Positions 10,060-19,985 of a DNA stretch of 64,000 nt are shown one piece after another. The position numbers and the translations under genes are program-made. Where the stretch lies: contig JBGUGD010000016.1 of the NCBI GenBank assembly GCA_041697335.1, forward strand, positions 64,001 through 128,000, in the 5' to 3' direction. How positions within the stretch are numbered: position 1 is the stretch's first letter; the number at the start of each line of letters is the position of its first letter. The DNA is from Vampirovibrionaceae bacterium NZW_1234 (lineage in GTDB: Bacteria; Cyanobacteriota; Vampirovibrionia; Vampirovibrionales; JAGQHJ01). The notes under the pieces were generated by a model. It was given only the letters and a program-made list of their open reading frames with translations, did not search any database and was not told the DNA's origin.

Positions 10060-10866
10060 TTATTCTTTCGTCGGGATTGACTCCAAAATGGCCGGCGGCA
10101 AGGTGACAATGACACCCACCAATTTTTCAAGTTGCGTTACGGTGTGATCCAGTTCACGCACCAGCGGGGTGTCTTCACACGCTTTAAATTGTGTGACCAG
10201 GGCCCGATAATACCACATGGTCCCTTCTTTACCCCCTTTAAAGAGGCCAAAAACCCGATCACCCTGTTCACGATAATCACTCATGATGGTTCGGGCGTTG
10301 TGCAATTTGTCCGCCGCTGAGACCCGTCGAATCGAAGGCGTTGCCGTTGAAAGATGATCAATATAGGCTTTCTTCCGAGCCAACCACGGCGGTTTTGGCA
10401 GAACATCGGCGTCGGTACAGCCGTTAACAATCTCTAACACATCATCTCCAAAGCGTCGCCGAATTTCCTGACGCAACGACTCAGCACCCCCATACTTATG
10501 GGCCTGATCTTCGATACTGTCATGCAGCAAGGCCGCAATGATCTCATCCTCAGTCCCCCCATATTCCATAACAATACCAGCAACAGCCATTAAATGAGAA
10601 AGATAAGGTGTATCCGAACCTTTTCGGACCTGATCCCCATGTAATTCAGCCGCAAATGAGAAGGCTTCAAGAAACCGAGGCGTCAGGACAGTTTTACTGA
10701 AACCCTCTTTCGAAACCGCTTGCGCCTTTGATGTGCCTGAAAACTGAACCCGATCAATGCTCATCAAACAAGTCCTTTGCCCATGTCCAGGTGTTGTTTT
10801 GGGTCCCCTTCCAACCCAAACAGAATGACCAAAAGCATTTGAGCCAACCTGCACCTTCATCCCCAT
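10060..10866 (-). CDS. HD-domain hydrolase, Mesh1/small-alarmone-hydrolase-like, with N-terminal extension
   Basis: H-x-x-Q-x-RKGS-x-x-PY-x-x-H, ALLHDSIED and ADKLHNAR motifs; AGGAG RBS before ATG 10866/10860 (alternative start 10764). Confidence 0.8.
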   Translation of the reverse strand: MGMKVQVGSNAFGHSVWVGRGPKTTPGHGQRTCLMSIDRVQFSGTSKAQAVSKEGFSKTVLTPRFLEAFSFAAELHGDQVRKGSDTPYLSHLMAVAGIVMEYGGTEDEIIAALLHDSIEDQAHKYGGAESLRQEIRRRFGDDVLEIVNGCTDADVLPKPPWLARKKAYIDHLSTATPSIRRVSAADKLHNARTIMSDYREQGDRVFGLFKGGKEGTMWYYRALVTQFKACEDTPLVRELDHTVTQLEKLVGVIVTLPPAILESIPTKE

Positions 10867-11183
10867 CATCACTCCTACCATCGTAATTGAGTTTCTATTA
10901 AAGCATTTATCTGACAGGCCTTCAACCAGATAAATTCCAGAGTTGTGAACGTCCCTTCGGCCAAAAAGGCATCTCAATCAGGGCAACAAGAATGCTTCGT
11001 CCCTTGTTGGCAGAGCACCGCAAAAATACAAAGTTGACCATGCCAGCATCTGGATCAATTTTCTCGACACAAGTAGCAATAACATGGCTTGACGGGTTTT
11101 ATATTGCCATCACCCATACACTCAATCCACCATTCGATCCTCATTATGGATCAGCAACAGGCAACAAAGGAGAGTTATCACCT

Positions 11184-13514
11184 ATGCTCGCAACACCCTC
11201 GGCTCCTCAGCATCGATTGACGTCCTTATCTCGGCTCCTCACCGTCAGCCCTCACCGACGCACCTCAGCGGCTGTATTTCAAGTTCCAGATCAGGTTCAT
11301 CTTTCTCCACAAGAACCAAACCCCTATGCAAAGGCTGAATTCCAGCTAGCCCACCTGAAAAATGGGGCCAAGGTGACTGTGGGGCGAGAATCCGATGAAG
11401 ACAATCCCAACTTCATTCAAATGGGCAACGATTTGACCAGCCGCAACCACCTGGAACTGGTGAAAGTGAACCCCAACGAATATGATCTGACCGATGGTTT
11501 TCAAGGCAAGCCCTCCAAGAATGGCACCCACGTCAATGGGCAGAAAGTTGCCCAAGGTGAGGTAAAACGCATCAAGGCCGGTGATTTTGTTTATCTGGGA
11601 CGGCAATATGTCTGGGTGGTAGGAGACCCCGAGCAAACCAGACGATTTAATGCCCCCTACTCACAACGTATTAGTGCCATGGCTATTGGTGAAACCATGA
11701 CCCTGGGACGTGGAGATAATCAATTCCACCCGGAAGCCTTCATTATCCTCGGAACGAACAAAACCAGCCGGCAACATGCGCAACTTCGACGAACTGGAGC
11801 CAACACCTATGAAATACGGGATATTGGATCTCGTAACGGCACGTCGGTTAATGGTCGACAGTTGGAGGCTTGGGGTGAATGGTACCCGGTCACTGCCCAC
11901 GATACAATTCTTATGGGACAGGATTTTGAGCTCAAGCTACCAGTGGCTCAACATGCACAACCGATTAAAGAGCCGGTTGAGCAACGCATCCTGAATATGA
12001 AAAAGGGCGACGCTCTTGTCCTGGGACGCAAGCGAAATGGGGCCTATACGCCGCAACAATTCGTAGAAATCGGTGATGCCAATACCAGCCGAGAGCATGT
12101 AGAACTCAAAAAGATGGGCACCAACCGATATCGTCTTTTTGATCTGGGCTCGGTCAATGGTACCTGGGTCAATGACAAAATCGTGAAAAACTGGACCATG
12201 GTAAAACCTGGGGATCGAATTCGTTTGGGGGACACTGCTCCCGAATTTGTGATTCCGGAAGGACTGGAATCCAGAGAAGTCGAACACTCCATGTCGGAGA
12301 GCATTGCCAATTCCATCGTGGCAAACCCCTATGAAGATACTTATTTTCGTCCCTTACCGAAAAGCAAGAAAGAATTTGTCCAACGCACCCGTGTGGCACT
12401 CAACAATTATGCCGAACAGTTTGCCGACACCCATAACCTGCCCCGGATCATTTTACGAAACCTGTCTCCACGGGTGGCTCTTGCCCAAATGACAGGCTAT
12501 ATGCCGAAAGGCCACATCATTCAAATCAACCCAGACATTGTTCGGGACAATACACAGAAAATGCCGGAAGTGTTTGCCATTCATGAAGGCAATCATGGAT
12601 TTCGTGCGATCATACGCTCACTCTTGAGTCCGGAAGAGCGTCTTGGAGAGGTTGAAGCGCAACTGCTTGATGAACTGAAAAAAGGCAAGTCGGGCTCTGT
12701 CGTCCAAATTGTGGATGGACGCCCTGAACTAACCAGCCTTCCAAAAAACATTCGAAGAAAACACCGTGACAACTTGGTTGACCTTGTCCAAACCGTATTT
12801 CAACGGACTCCCGACTTCGTTAAAACCAGCGATGAAGGATTGCCCATTCTCTCTCAGGAAGGTAAAGCCTTTGTTCATCAGTTTGTATCCCGGACCCCGG
12901 GCTTCCCGACTGCCACTGCCGAATTGGTGCAAACAACTCAAGAACTCGTTGAACTGATGATCCACCGTCGTGCCTTAGTTTTAGGGCAAATTCCAGGTCA
13001 ACAAGGGGTCTTTGTTTCCGATGCCGATGTCCCCACCCTGAATGATGAGCCGATAAAGCTCAATGAAGAACAGAAAACCCTGGCAAAACAGTTTCTCAGA
13101 GAAACCATTCCAGCTTGGGAAGCGAATCTGGCTGCGATGCTTTGCTGGCAAAACGGGTTTCAAACCCCCAAAGACGTCATGATGCAATATTTAGGTTGTG
13201 CCGAGGAGGTCTCATCTCGCATGGCACCCGTAAATGTGATGCTCCAGGAGATTGATCGTATTCAAGAACAGCCGTTTTTACTGAACCGGCAAGCCTTGAT
13301 GCCCAAACTCGAAGCAGAACGAACCATGCTCGGTCACCAGACCACGGTCAACCAACTCACCCGAGAATGGGTGGACGTCTCGGACGCCTTGGTCGCTGAA
13401 GATCGCCCAAGGGAAATCGGCCAATTGCAAGCACGTCTCCGGGTAATTGAGAGCGAACTTAAGCTTTTAGTGCCAAAAGCCAACATGGACTACATGCCAA
13501 GCGACTATCAGTAA
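11184..13514 (+). CDS. Triple-FHA-domain protein with C-terminal HExxH metallopeptidase-like region
   Basis: Three GR...SRxH...NGT(x)VN repeats; HEGNH followed later by YLGCAEEVSSR; RBS AAAGGAG before ATG 11184. Confidence 0.8.
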   Translation: MLATPSAPQHRLTSLSRLLTVSPHRRTSAAVFQVPDQVHLSPQEPNPYAKAEFQLAHLKNGAKVTVGRESDEDNPNFIQMGNDLTSRNHLELVKVNPNEYDLTDGFQGKPSKNGTHVNGQKVAQGEVKRIKAGDFVYLGRQYVWVVGDPEQTRRFNAPYSQRISAMAIGETMTLGRGDNQFHPEAFIILGTNKTSRQHAQLRRTGANTYEIRDIGSRNGTSVNGRQLEAWGEWYPVTAHDTILMGQDFELKLPVAQHAQPIKEPVEQRILNMKKGDALVLGRKRNGAYTPQQFVEIGDANTSREHVELKKMGTNRYRLFDLGSVNGTWVNDKIVKNWTMVKPGDRIRLGDTAPEFVIPEGLESREVEHSMSESIANSIVANPYEDTYFRPLPKSKKEFVQRTRVALNNYAEQFADTHNLPRIILRNLSPRVALAQMTGYMPKGHIIQINPDIVRDNTQKMPEVFAIHEGNHGFRAIIRSLLSPEERLGEVEAQLLDELKKGKSGSVVQIVDGRPELTSLPKNIRRKHRDNLVDLVQTVFQRTPDFVKTSDEGLPILSQEGKAFVHQFVSRTPGFPTATAELVQTTQELVELMIHRRALVLGQIPGQQGVFVSDADVPTLNDEPIKLNEEQKTLAKQFLRETIPAWEANLAAMLCWQNGFQTPKDVMMQYLGCAEEVSSRMAPVNVMLQEIDRIQEQPFLLNRQALMPKLEAERTMLGHQTTVNQLTREWVDVSDALVAEDRPREIGQLQARLRVIESELKLLVPKANMDYMPSDYQ

Positions 13515-13535
13515 GAGCACCTTCAATGGATTAAA

Positions 13536-14801
13536 CTAGTTCTGTTCCCATGCTCGGAAGATTAGCGATGCATTATGTCCGCCAAACCCAAAAGAGTTGG
13601 ACATCGCAACCTTCATACCACTTACAGCACGAGCCTCATTGGGAACGTAGTCCAAATCACATTCAGGATCAGGTGTTTGCAGATTAATAGTCGGGGCAAC
13701 CATTTGGTGTTGTAAAGTTAACAGGGAAATTGCCGCTTCCGTGGAACCGGATGCACCCAACATGTGGCCCGTCATGCTCTTAGTCGAGCTCACCACTAAC
13801 TTACCAGGCTTGGAATGCTCGCCAAAGACATGCTTGATGGCCTTCGTTTCTGCAATATCCCCCAAGGGTGTGCTGGTGCCATGGGCATTGATGTAATCAA
13901 CAGCCTCCGGAGTCAACTCTGCATCACGTAAGGCTGCTTTCATCGCAATGACGGCTCCCGTACCTTCAGGTGGAGGAGATACAATGTCATAGGCATCCGC
14001 AGAACGTCCATAGCCAACAACTTCACCGTAAATTTTTGCCCCTCGGGCCAAGGCATGATTCAGCTCTTCCAAGATCAAAACAGAGGCACCTTCAGACATC
14101 ACAAAGCCGTCCCGATCAGTATCAAATGGACGACTTGCGTGCAAGGGATCATCATTTCGCATGGAAAGTGCCCGTGCTGCGGCAAACCCAGCCACCGAAA
14201 TAGGCGTAATCGGGGCTTCTGCACCACCTGCAAAGGCAACATCCGCTTCATCACATTGAATAATACGGAAAGCATCCCCAATCGAATGGGCTCCAGTGGC
14301 ACAAGCAGTCACCACAGCCATATTTGGTCCTTTAGCATTATATTCGATTGCGATCCGACCGGCTGCCATATCGCAGATCATCATGGGGACCAAGAACGGG
14401 CTGCATCGACGTGCCCCTTTAGCCATCACTTCTTTAATCTGAGTTTCAATGGTCCCAATTCCCCCAGCAGCACTACTGACCACGACAGCAAAACGCTCGG
14501 GAGCCACAGAATCCGGACTTAACCCAGAATCTTGATAGGCTTCTTTGGCAGCAGCCATGGCAAACTGGGTGTACCGATCCATCCGCCGGGCTTCTTTTTT
14601 GTCCATGTAATTCTCGGGATTGAAATCACGAACTTCACCCGCAATTTTACAGGACTGATCCGACGTATCGATCAAAGTCATCGGCCCAATGGCGCTCTCA
14701 CCGTGGGTCAAAGAATTCCAGAACGATTCAATGGTACTTCCAGAAGGGGTGATCAAACCCATCCCGGTGACCACCACCCGACGTTTTTCTCGGTTGGACA
14801 T
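13536..14801 (-). CDS. fabF: Beta-ketoacyl-ACP synthase II
   Basis: [27 protein letters not shown] and NSFGFGGHN motifs. Confidence 0.97.
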   Translation of the reverse strand: MSNREKRRVVVTGMGLITPSGSTIESFWNSLTHGESAIGPMTLIDTSDQSCKIAGEVRDFNPENYMDKKEARRMDRYTQFAMAAAKEAYQDSGLSPDSVAPERFAVVVSSAAGGIGTIETQIKEVMAKGARRCSPFLVPMMICDMAAGRIAIEYNAKGPNMAVVTACATGAHSIGDAFRIIQCDEADVAFAGGAEAPITPISVAGFAAARALSMRNDDPLHASRPFDTDRDGFVMSEGASVLILEELNHALARGAKIYGEVVGYGRSADAYDIVSPPPEGTGAVIAMKAALRDAELTPEAVDYINAHGTSTPLGDIAETKAIKHVFGEHSKPGKLVVSSTKSMTGHMLGASGSTEAAISLLTLQHQMVAPTINLQTPDPECDLDYVPNEARAVSGMKVAMSNSFGFGGHNASLIFRAWEQN

Positions 14802-14879
14802 ATGCGTTACCGCCAAACGGTTCGTAGGACCGTGTCTAAACTTTTAATTACAGGAAAACAAATGAGGGGGACAAGGAAA

Positions 14880-15125
14880 TTACTTGGAAACCCGCTCGAT
14901 GTAGTTCACAGCATCTTGCACCGTGACGATCTTTTCAGCTTCTTCATCAGGGATTTCGGTACCGAATTCTTCTTCAAAAGCCATAACCAGCTCAACGGTG
15001 TCGAGGGAATCAGCACCCAAGTCTGCTTGGAAGCTTGCTTCCGGGGTTACTTCTTTTTCATCAACGCTCAGTTGTTCAACAACAACTTTTTTAACCCGTT
15101 CAAACGTAGATGTGGTGGTGCTCAT
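14880..15125 (-). CDS. acpP: Acyl carrier protein
   Basis: [20 protein letters not shown]. Confidence 0.98.
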   Translation of the reverse strand: MSTTTSTFERVKKVVVEQLSVDEKEVTPEASFQADLGADSLDTVELVMAFEEEFGTEIPDEEAEKIVTVQDAVNYIERVSK

Positions 15126-15169
15126 GATTACAATCTCCGTTACTCATTAAACGTGCTGACTAAGTATAC

Positions 15170-15904
15170 TTACAAAACCAATCCACCGTCAACTTGAAGG
15201 ACTTGTCCCGTAATGTAGTGACCTGATGTTACCAGAAAGACAACGGTACTGGCAATATCTTCAGGCGTACCAAAACGGCCAAGAGGGATGTGCTCCAGAA
15301 CTTTATCGCTTCCCAAACCTTCTGTCATATCGGTGGCAATGAACCCAGGAGCTACTGCATTTACCCGTACATTACGACTGGCAAGCTCTTTGGCAACCGA
15401 CTTGGTTAAACCAATCATCCCTGCCTTACTGGCCGAATAATTGGCCTGCCCCGGATTGCCGTAAATCCCGGAGACACTCGTGATGTTAACAATAGACCCG
15501 TCACGCTGCTTCATCATAATCTTGCCAGCAGCTCGGGTCAGGTAGAACGCTCCGGTCAAATTGGTATCGATAACCTTCTGCCAATCCTCATCTTTCATTC
15601 GAATCAAAAGTGTGTCACGCGTAATACCGGCATTATTGACCAACACATCCAGGCGGCCATAACGATTCATCGCTTCATCAATTAAGAATTGGGCATCAGC
15701 AGCATTGGCCACATCGGCTTGAACAGCAGTGGCCTCTTGGCCCAGCACCCGTACCGTATTTTCCACCTCGGAGGCCGCTGCTTTATTGGAAGCATAACTA
15801 AAAACCACATGGTAGCCCGCTTCGGCCAGGGCAACAACACACGCACGGCCAATTCCACGGGAGCCTCCTGTTACAAGTGCAACTTTTTGTGTGGATTCCG
15901 ACAT
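15170..15904 (-). CDS. fabG: 3-oxoacyl-ACP reductase
   Basis: TGGSRGIG, NNAGITRD and YSASK motifs; fab operon context. Confidence 0.97.
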   Translation of the reverse strand: MSESTQKVALVTGGSRGIGRACVVALAEAGYHVVFSYASNKAAASEVENTVRVLGQEATAVQADVANAADAQFLIDEAMNRYGRLDVLVNNAGITRDTLLIRMKDEDWQKVIDTNLTGAFYLTRAAGKIMMKQRDGSIVNITSVSGIYGNPGQANYSASKAGMIGLTKSVAKELASRNVRVNAVAPGFIATDMTEGLGSDKVLEHIPLGRFGTPEDIASTVVFLVTSGHYITGQVLQVDGGLVL

Positions 15905-16842
15905 TACACCAATATCCTTTCCTTCAAGCCATCAACGGTTTTAGCCAACGAGGCCTCATCAAAGACGTTATAAACGGTCGCCTCCCGATGAAATTTCTTC
16001 ACCATACCCGCCAGTACTTTGCCCGGCCCAATTTCCACATAGGTATCAATGCCTTGCTCCTTCATTCGAACCATCGTCTCGGTCCAACGGACTGAAGAAG
16101 GAATCTGCCTGGCCAGCTTCTCTTGAAACTGGATAGCTTTGGTCGTTGGTTGGGCATCGACATTGGTAATGACAGGAAATTCCCCATCCACAAAGGTCAC
16201 CGTGGCCAGAGCATTGCGAAAAACATCAGCAGGCCCTTGCATCAAGGGAGAATGGAAGGCCCCTCCGACAACTAACGGAATGACTTTTGCGCCTTGCTCC
16301 TTAGCTAGGGCAGACGCTTTCTCAACCGCAGCAGGTTCGCCTGAAATGACCACTTGGTCCGGCGTATTATAATTGGCCACCGTCACAATGCCCATATCGG
16401 CAGCGGCCTTCACCGCACCCTCAACCTGCTCCTGAGGCAAGCTTAAAACAGCTGCCATGGCCCCAGCAGGAGCGCTTTCCATGCACTCGGCCCGTTTATT
16501 CACCAGCATTACAACCGCTTCAAGAGATAGTACCCCTGCCGCATAGAGGGCAGCATACTCGCCTAAGCTATGTCCTGCCGCAACTTTGGGTGTGATCTTT
16601 GTGTGCTCTTGAAGCACGGTGTATGCCGCCAGGGAGACCGCCAATATAGCCGGCTGGGTATAACGAGTGCGTTTTAACGTGTCTTCGGGCCCTTCAAACA
16701 TGACTTGACACAAATCCGGTAAGACCCACTGATTGACCTGATCCATGAGTTGACGTGCCGTTGAATAATTTTCATAGAGGGCTTTTCCCATTCCAACAGC
16801 CTGAGCACCTTGCCCTGGAAATAAAAATGCAATGTCTGCCAC
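15904..16842 (-). CDS. fabD: Malonyl-CoA:ACP transacylase
   Basis: FPGQG, TQPA, GHSLGEY and AFHS motifs. Confidence 0.97.
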   Translation of the reverse strand: MADIAFLFPGQGAQAVGMGKALYENYSTARQLMDQVNQWVLPDLCQVMFEGPEDTLKRTRYTQPAILAVSLAAYTVLQEHTKITPKVAAGHSLGEYAALYAAGVLSLEAVVMLVNKRAECMESAPAGAMAAVLSLPQEQVEGAVKAAADMGIVTVANYNTPDQVVISGEPAAVEKASALAKEQGAKVIPLVVGGAFHSPLMQGPADVFRNALATVTFVDGEFPVITNVDAQPTTKAIQFQEKLARQIPSSVRWTETMVRMKEQGIDTYVEIGPGKVLAGMVKKFHREATVYNVFDEASLAKTVDGLKERILV

Positions 16843-16878
16843 GGTTATTGGCTCCTATAATACTGTCAAAATTCAAGA

Positions 16879-17937
16879 CTAATTCTGTTGCACCGGTTCG
16901 TGGTGCGTTGCCGTCTCGGCAGAGGCAGGGCGATGATCCACCGCATTCCATTTCATGACCACGGTAGCCGTTGCAAGACCTGCACCAAAACCGCACAATA
17001 CCAGCGTCTGGCCAGGAATGATTTGCTTGTCATTAATGGCATCCATCATTGCCAAGGGAATGGACGCGGCAGAGGTGTTGCCATAATTCTCCAGATTCAC
17101 AATCATCTGTTCAGGAGTGATATCCATCCGCTCAGACATAGAGGACATAATGCGGGCATTGGCTTGGTGAAGGACATAGTAATCGACATCGCGAGTGCCG
17201 ATACCCGCTTTCTCCAAGCTAGCTTCAATCAACTTGGGCACATCCCCGACGGCAAACTTAAACACTTCACGGCCGTTCATATAGACAGCCGATTTTTCCT
17301 GAAAGGTTCTGGGTGGGGCCAAAGGACAGTTATCTCGATTAATCGGCAGCTTAATTTCTTGGCCTCGCCCCCCATCTAACATAAAGTCAACGGCCAGAAC
17401 GTCCGTATCGGCGGGGTTTTCTGTGGCCCGTAAAACATAGGCCCCCGCCCCGTCACCAAACAAGACACAGGTATTTCTATCGTACCAGTCTGTGTAGCGC
17501 GAATGACAATCTGAGCCAATAACCAGGGCATTCTTTGCCGTTCCGTTTTCCAGGAATTGAATGGCAATCCCCATGGCATAGATTAAACCGCTACACCCCA
17601 TGGCCACATCAAATCCGAAGGCTCTGGATGCACCAATGCCCTGTTGCACTACCCCACAACCTGCAGGATAGATATAATCCGGGGTTGAACTCGCCAGAAT
17701 GATCAAATCAATGTCTTCACCCTTCATGCCAGCAAACTCAAGAGCATTTTTGGCTGCTGCAATCGCAAAATCTGTCATCAGTTCGTCATGGGCAACAACA
17801 CGACGTGCTTTAAAGCCAGTACGAGTGGTAATCCACTCATCGGAGGTCTCTACCAATGCCGTCAAATCATCATTACGGACCTCATGCGACGGAAGGGCCA
17901 CACCGATTCCGCACATTTTGACGCCGTGTTTACTCAT
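16879..17937 (-). CDS. fabH: Beta-ketoacyl-ACP synthase III
   Basis: TSDEWI, GCSG, LFGDGAGA, HQAN and YGNTSAAS motifs. Confidence 0.96.
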   Translation of the reverse strand: MSKHGVKMCGIGVALPSHEVRNDDLTALVETSDEWITTRTGFKARRVVAHDELMTDFAIAAAKNALEFAGMKGEDIDLIILASSTPDYIYPAGCGVVQQGIGASRAFGFDVAMGCSGLIYAMGIAIQFLENGTAKNALVIGSDCHSRYTDWYDRNTCVLFGDGAGAYVLRATENPADTDVLAVDFMLDGGRGQEIKLPINRDNCPLAPPRTFQEKSAVYMNGREVFKFAVGDVPKLIEASLEKAGIGTRDVDYYVLHQANARIMSSMSERMDITPEQMIVNLENYGNTSAASIPLAMMDAINDKQIIPGQTLVLCGFGAGLATATVVMKWNAVDHRPASAETATHHEPVQQN

Positions 17938-17940
17938 AAT

Positions 17941-18963
17941 CTACAGACATCCTTCCAACACTTTCTGCTCAATTTTGCCAATGACATTCTGTTCAATCGC
18001 TTCTCGGGTCACGCGAATTGCATTTTCGATGGCGTAGGCATTGCTGCCCCCATGACCAATAACACAAATTCCTTTAACACCCAATAAAAGCGCCCCCCCA
18101 AACTCTTCATCCGAGACGCGACGCTTGATGTGCTTCATGGCAGGCTTCATCAACAACGCGCCGGCACGAGACTTCAGGGTTCGAGTTGCCTCTTCTTTAA
18201 ACAGTTTCATCACCATCTTGCCAATGCCTTCAGCTGTTTTAAGGGCAATATTACCCGTAAATCCGTCACACACAACCACATCGGCAGATCCATCAAAAAG
18301 GTGCTTGCCCTCAATATTCCCGATGAAGTTCAGCTCATCATGCTGCTCCAAAAGCTTAAACGTGGACAAGGCAAAGCTATTACCTTTACTCGGCTCCTCT
18401 CCAATATTCAAGAGCCCAATCCGAGGTTTATCCACGTGTAGAACAGCTTTTGAAAAAATACTACCCATTCTGGCAAACTGTAACAGCATCTCAGGAATAC
18501 AATCAGCATTAGCACCACAATCCAGGAGAACGCATGGGGTTTTATGGGTTGTTGGCAAAACAACTGCAATGGCAGGACGATCCACACCCTCAATACGCCC
18601 CATGTTAAATAGGGCTGCCGCCATGGCAGCACCCGTATTTCCGGCAGCAACCAAACCTTGAGACTCTCCTTTGGCAACACAATTGCTGGCCACCACTACC
18701 GAGGCATCCTTTTTCTTACGTAAAGCCGTTGCTGGGGACTCCCCCATCTCAATGGACTCCATTGCCGGAACGATTTGATAGTGACCCCCTTTGACATCCA
18801 AGGTGTCCAACTCGGCTTGAATTTTATCCGGATGCCCCACCAGTTGCAGGGCAACATCATACTTACGACCTCCTTGTATGGCACCCTTCACAATTTCCTG
18901 GGGCGCAAAGTCCCCACCCATACAATCGATCGCAATAGAAATCTGTTGTTGCTGGTCCGTCAT
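17941..18963 (-). CDS. plsX: Phosphate acyltransferase
   Basis: IDCMGGDFAP, AGNTGA, LLNIGEE, DGFTGN and HGGS motifs. Confidence 0.96.
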   Translation of the reverse strand: MTDQQQQISIAIDCMGGDFAPQEIVKGAIQGGRKYDVALQLVGHPDKIQAELDTLDVKGGHYQIVPAMESIEMGESPATALRKKKDASVVVASNCVAKGESQGLVAAGNTGAAMAAALFNMGRIEGVDRPAIAVVLPTTHKTPCVLLDCGANADCIPEMLLQFARMGSIFSKAVLHVDKPRIGLLNIGEEPSKGNSFALSTFKLLEQHDELNFIGNIEGKHLFDGSADVVVCDGFTGNIALKTAEGIGKMVMKLFKEEATRTLKSRAGALLMKPAMKHIKRRVSDEEFGGALLLGVKGICVIGHGGSNAYAIENAIRVTREAIEQNVIGKIEQKVLEGCL

Positions 18964-19050
18964 GCGACATCCAATTCGTGTCTCTCGAGCCCTACAAATC
19001 AACCGTTTGTAAAAGCACCTTCGAGATTATACGACAATTCTGACGTCAAT

Positions 19051-19236
19051 TTAGGAAATACCAAAGCGTTCGGAAACTTTTTTCCCGTTGTAATAACCGC
19101 AGGTTTGGCAGACCACATGGGTTAATTTCTTATCGCCACAGTGCGGACAGGTCATTAAGCTGGGAACGGTCGCTTTCCAACAGGAACGACGATGCCCTTG
19201 CTCGGAGTGACCCACTCGTTTCTTGGGAACTGGCAT
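19051..19236 (-). CDS. rpmF: 50S ribosomal protein L32
   Basis: MPVPKKR...CPHCG...HVVCQTCGYY. Confidence 0.95.
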   Translation of the reverse strand: MPVPKKRVGHSEQGHRRSCWKATVPSLMTCPHCGDKKLTHVVCQTCGYYNGKKVSERFGIS

Positions 19237-19286
19237 GATTGATTACCTCGAATCAGATTTAAAGGTCAGTATCACGATAGGACAAT

Positions 19287-19315
19287 ACTATGGCAAAAAA
19301 AAATTGAAAGCTCAA
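19287..19315 (-). promoter_or_regulatory. Putative sigma70 promoter for rpmF-plsX-fab
   Basis: Minus strand TTGAGC-17 bp-CATAGT with an extended TG. Confidence 0.5.
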
Positions 19316-19433
19316 GGATTTTCTCATGGCCTAAGGGTTTTCCGCAACGGCCAGACTTTTCTCAAAGCAGACTTAGGCTTTCAAGCTTGAAACTTGCGAA
19401 CCCGCTCAGGCATGAAATCAATACGCCGTTATG

Positions 19434-19853
19434 CTAGGCATGCAGCTCACACTCAGACCGATTGCACAAACGATCGTTGCTGACGGCTATCACTAAAAAT
19501 TGGCGAATCAGGTCTTTGAGATCCAAAACACCATCTGGGCCAATGGTCTCATAATAATCTTCTTCCTGGAGCTCTTTGTCTCCAGGGATCTCATCTAAAA
19601 GGGCCTGATAAACAAACCGCTCTTCAAAATTCCCTTTTGCCCGGCGCTCAAACATTTCACAGCATCGATCACATTCGTCTTCAATCAAGGCATCAAAATG
19701 CCCCGACACCTTCACTCCTGTTGCGTTTAATTCACAGTGAGCGGCCACTTGTACTGGATTTTTGACGGGCAAGTCTTCAAATTCATAGGCGTCTCGCACC
19801 GTGACCTCCCGCTGCCCAGCACGAATTAAATCCTTTAGTTTTAATTTATCCAT
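19434..19853 (-). CDS. YceD/DUF177 family protein
   Basis: ECDRC and LDLKDLIRQFL...LC motifs; canonical position upstream of rpmF. Confidence 0.85.
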   Translation of the reverse strand: MDKLKLKDLIRAGQREVTVRDAYEFEDLPVKNPVQVAAHCELNATGVKVSGHFDALIEDECDRCCEMFERRAKGNFEERFVYQALLDEIPGDKELQEEDYYETIGPDGVLDLKDLIRQFLVIAVSNDRLCNRSECELHA

Positions 19854-19985
19854 CGCTATTCGCTTTGTTTTCCCATCGTCAACAGAGTATGTTTACGGTA
19901 TGAATGATAAGAATGAAATGAGACAGTTGTATCATAGTTGCCAGGGTTTGAAAATTCAGGCCCCCAAATAGAGAGATCCTTAATC

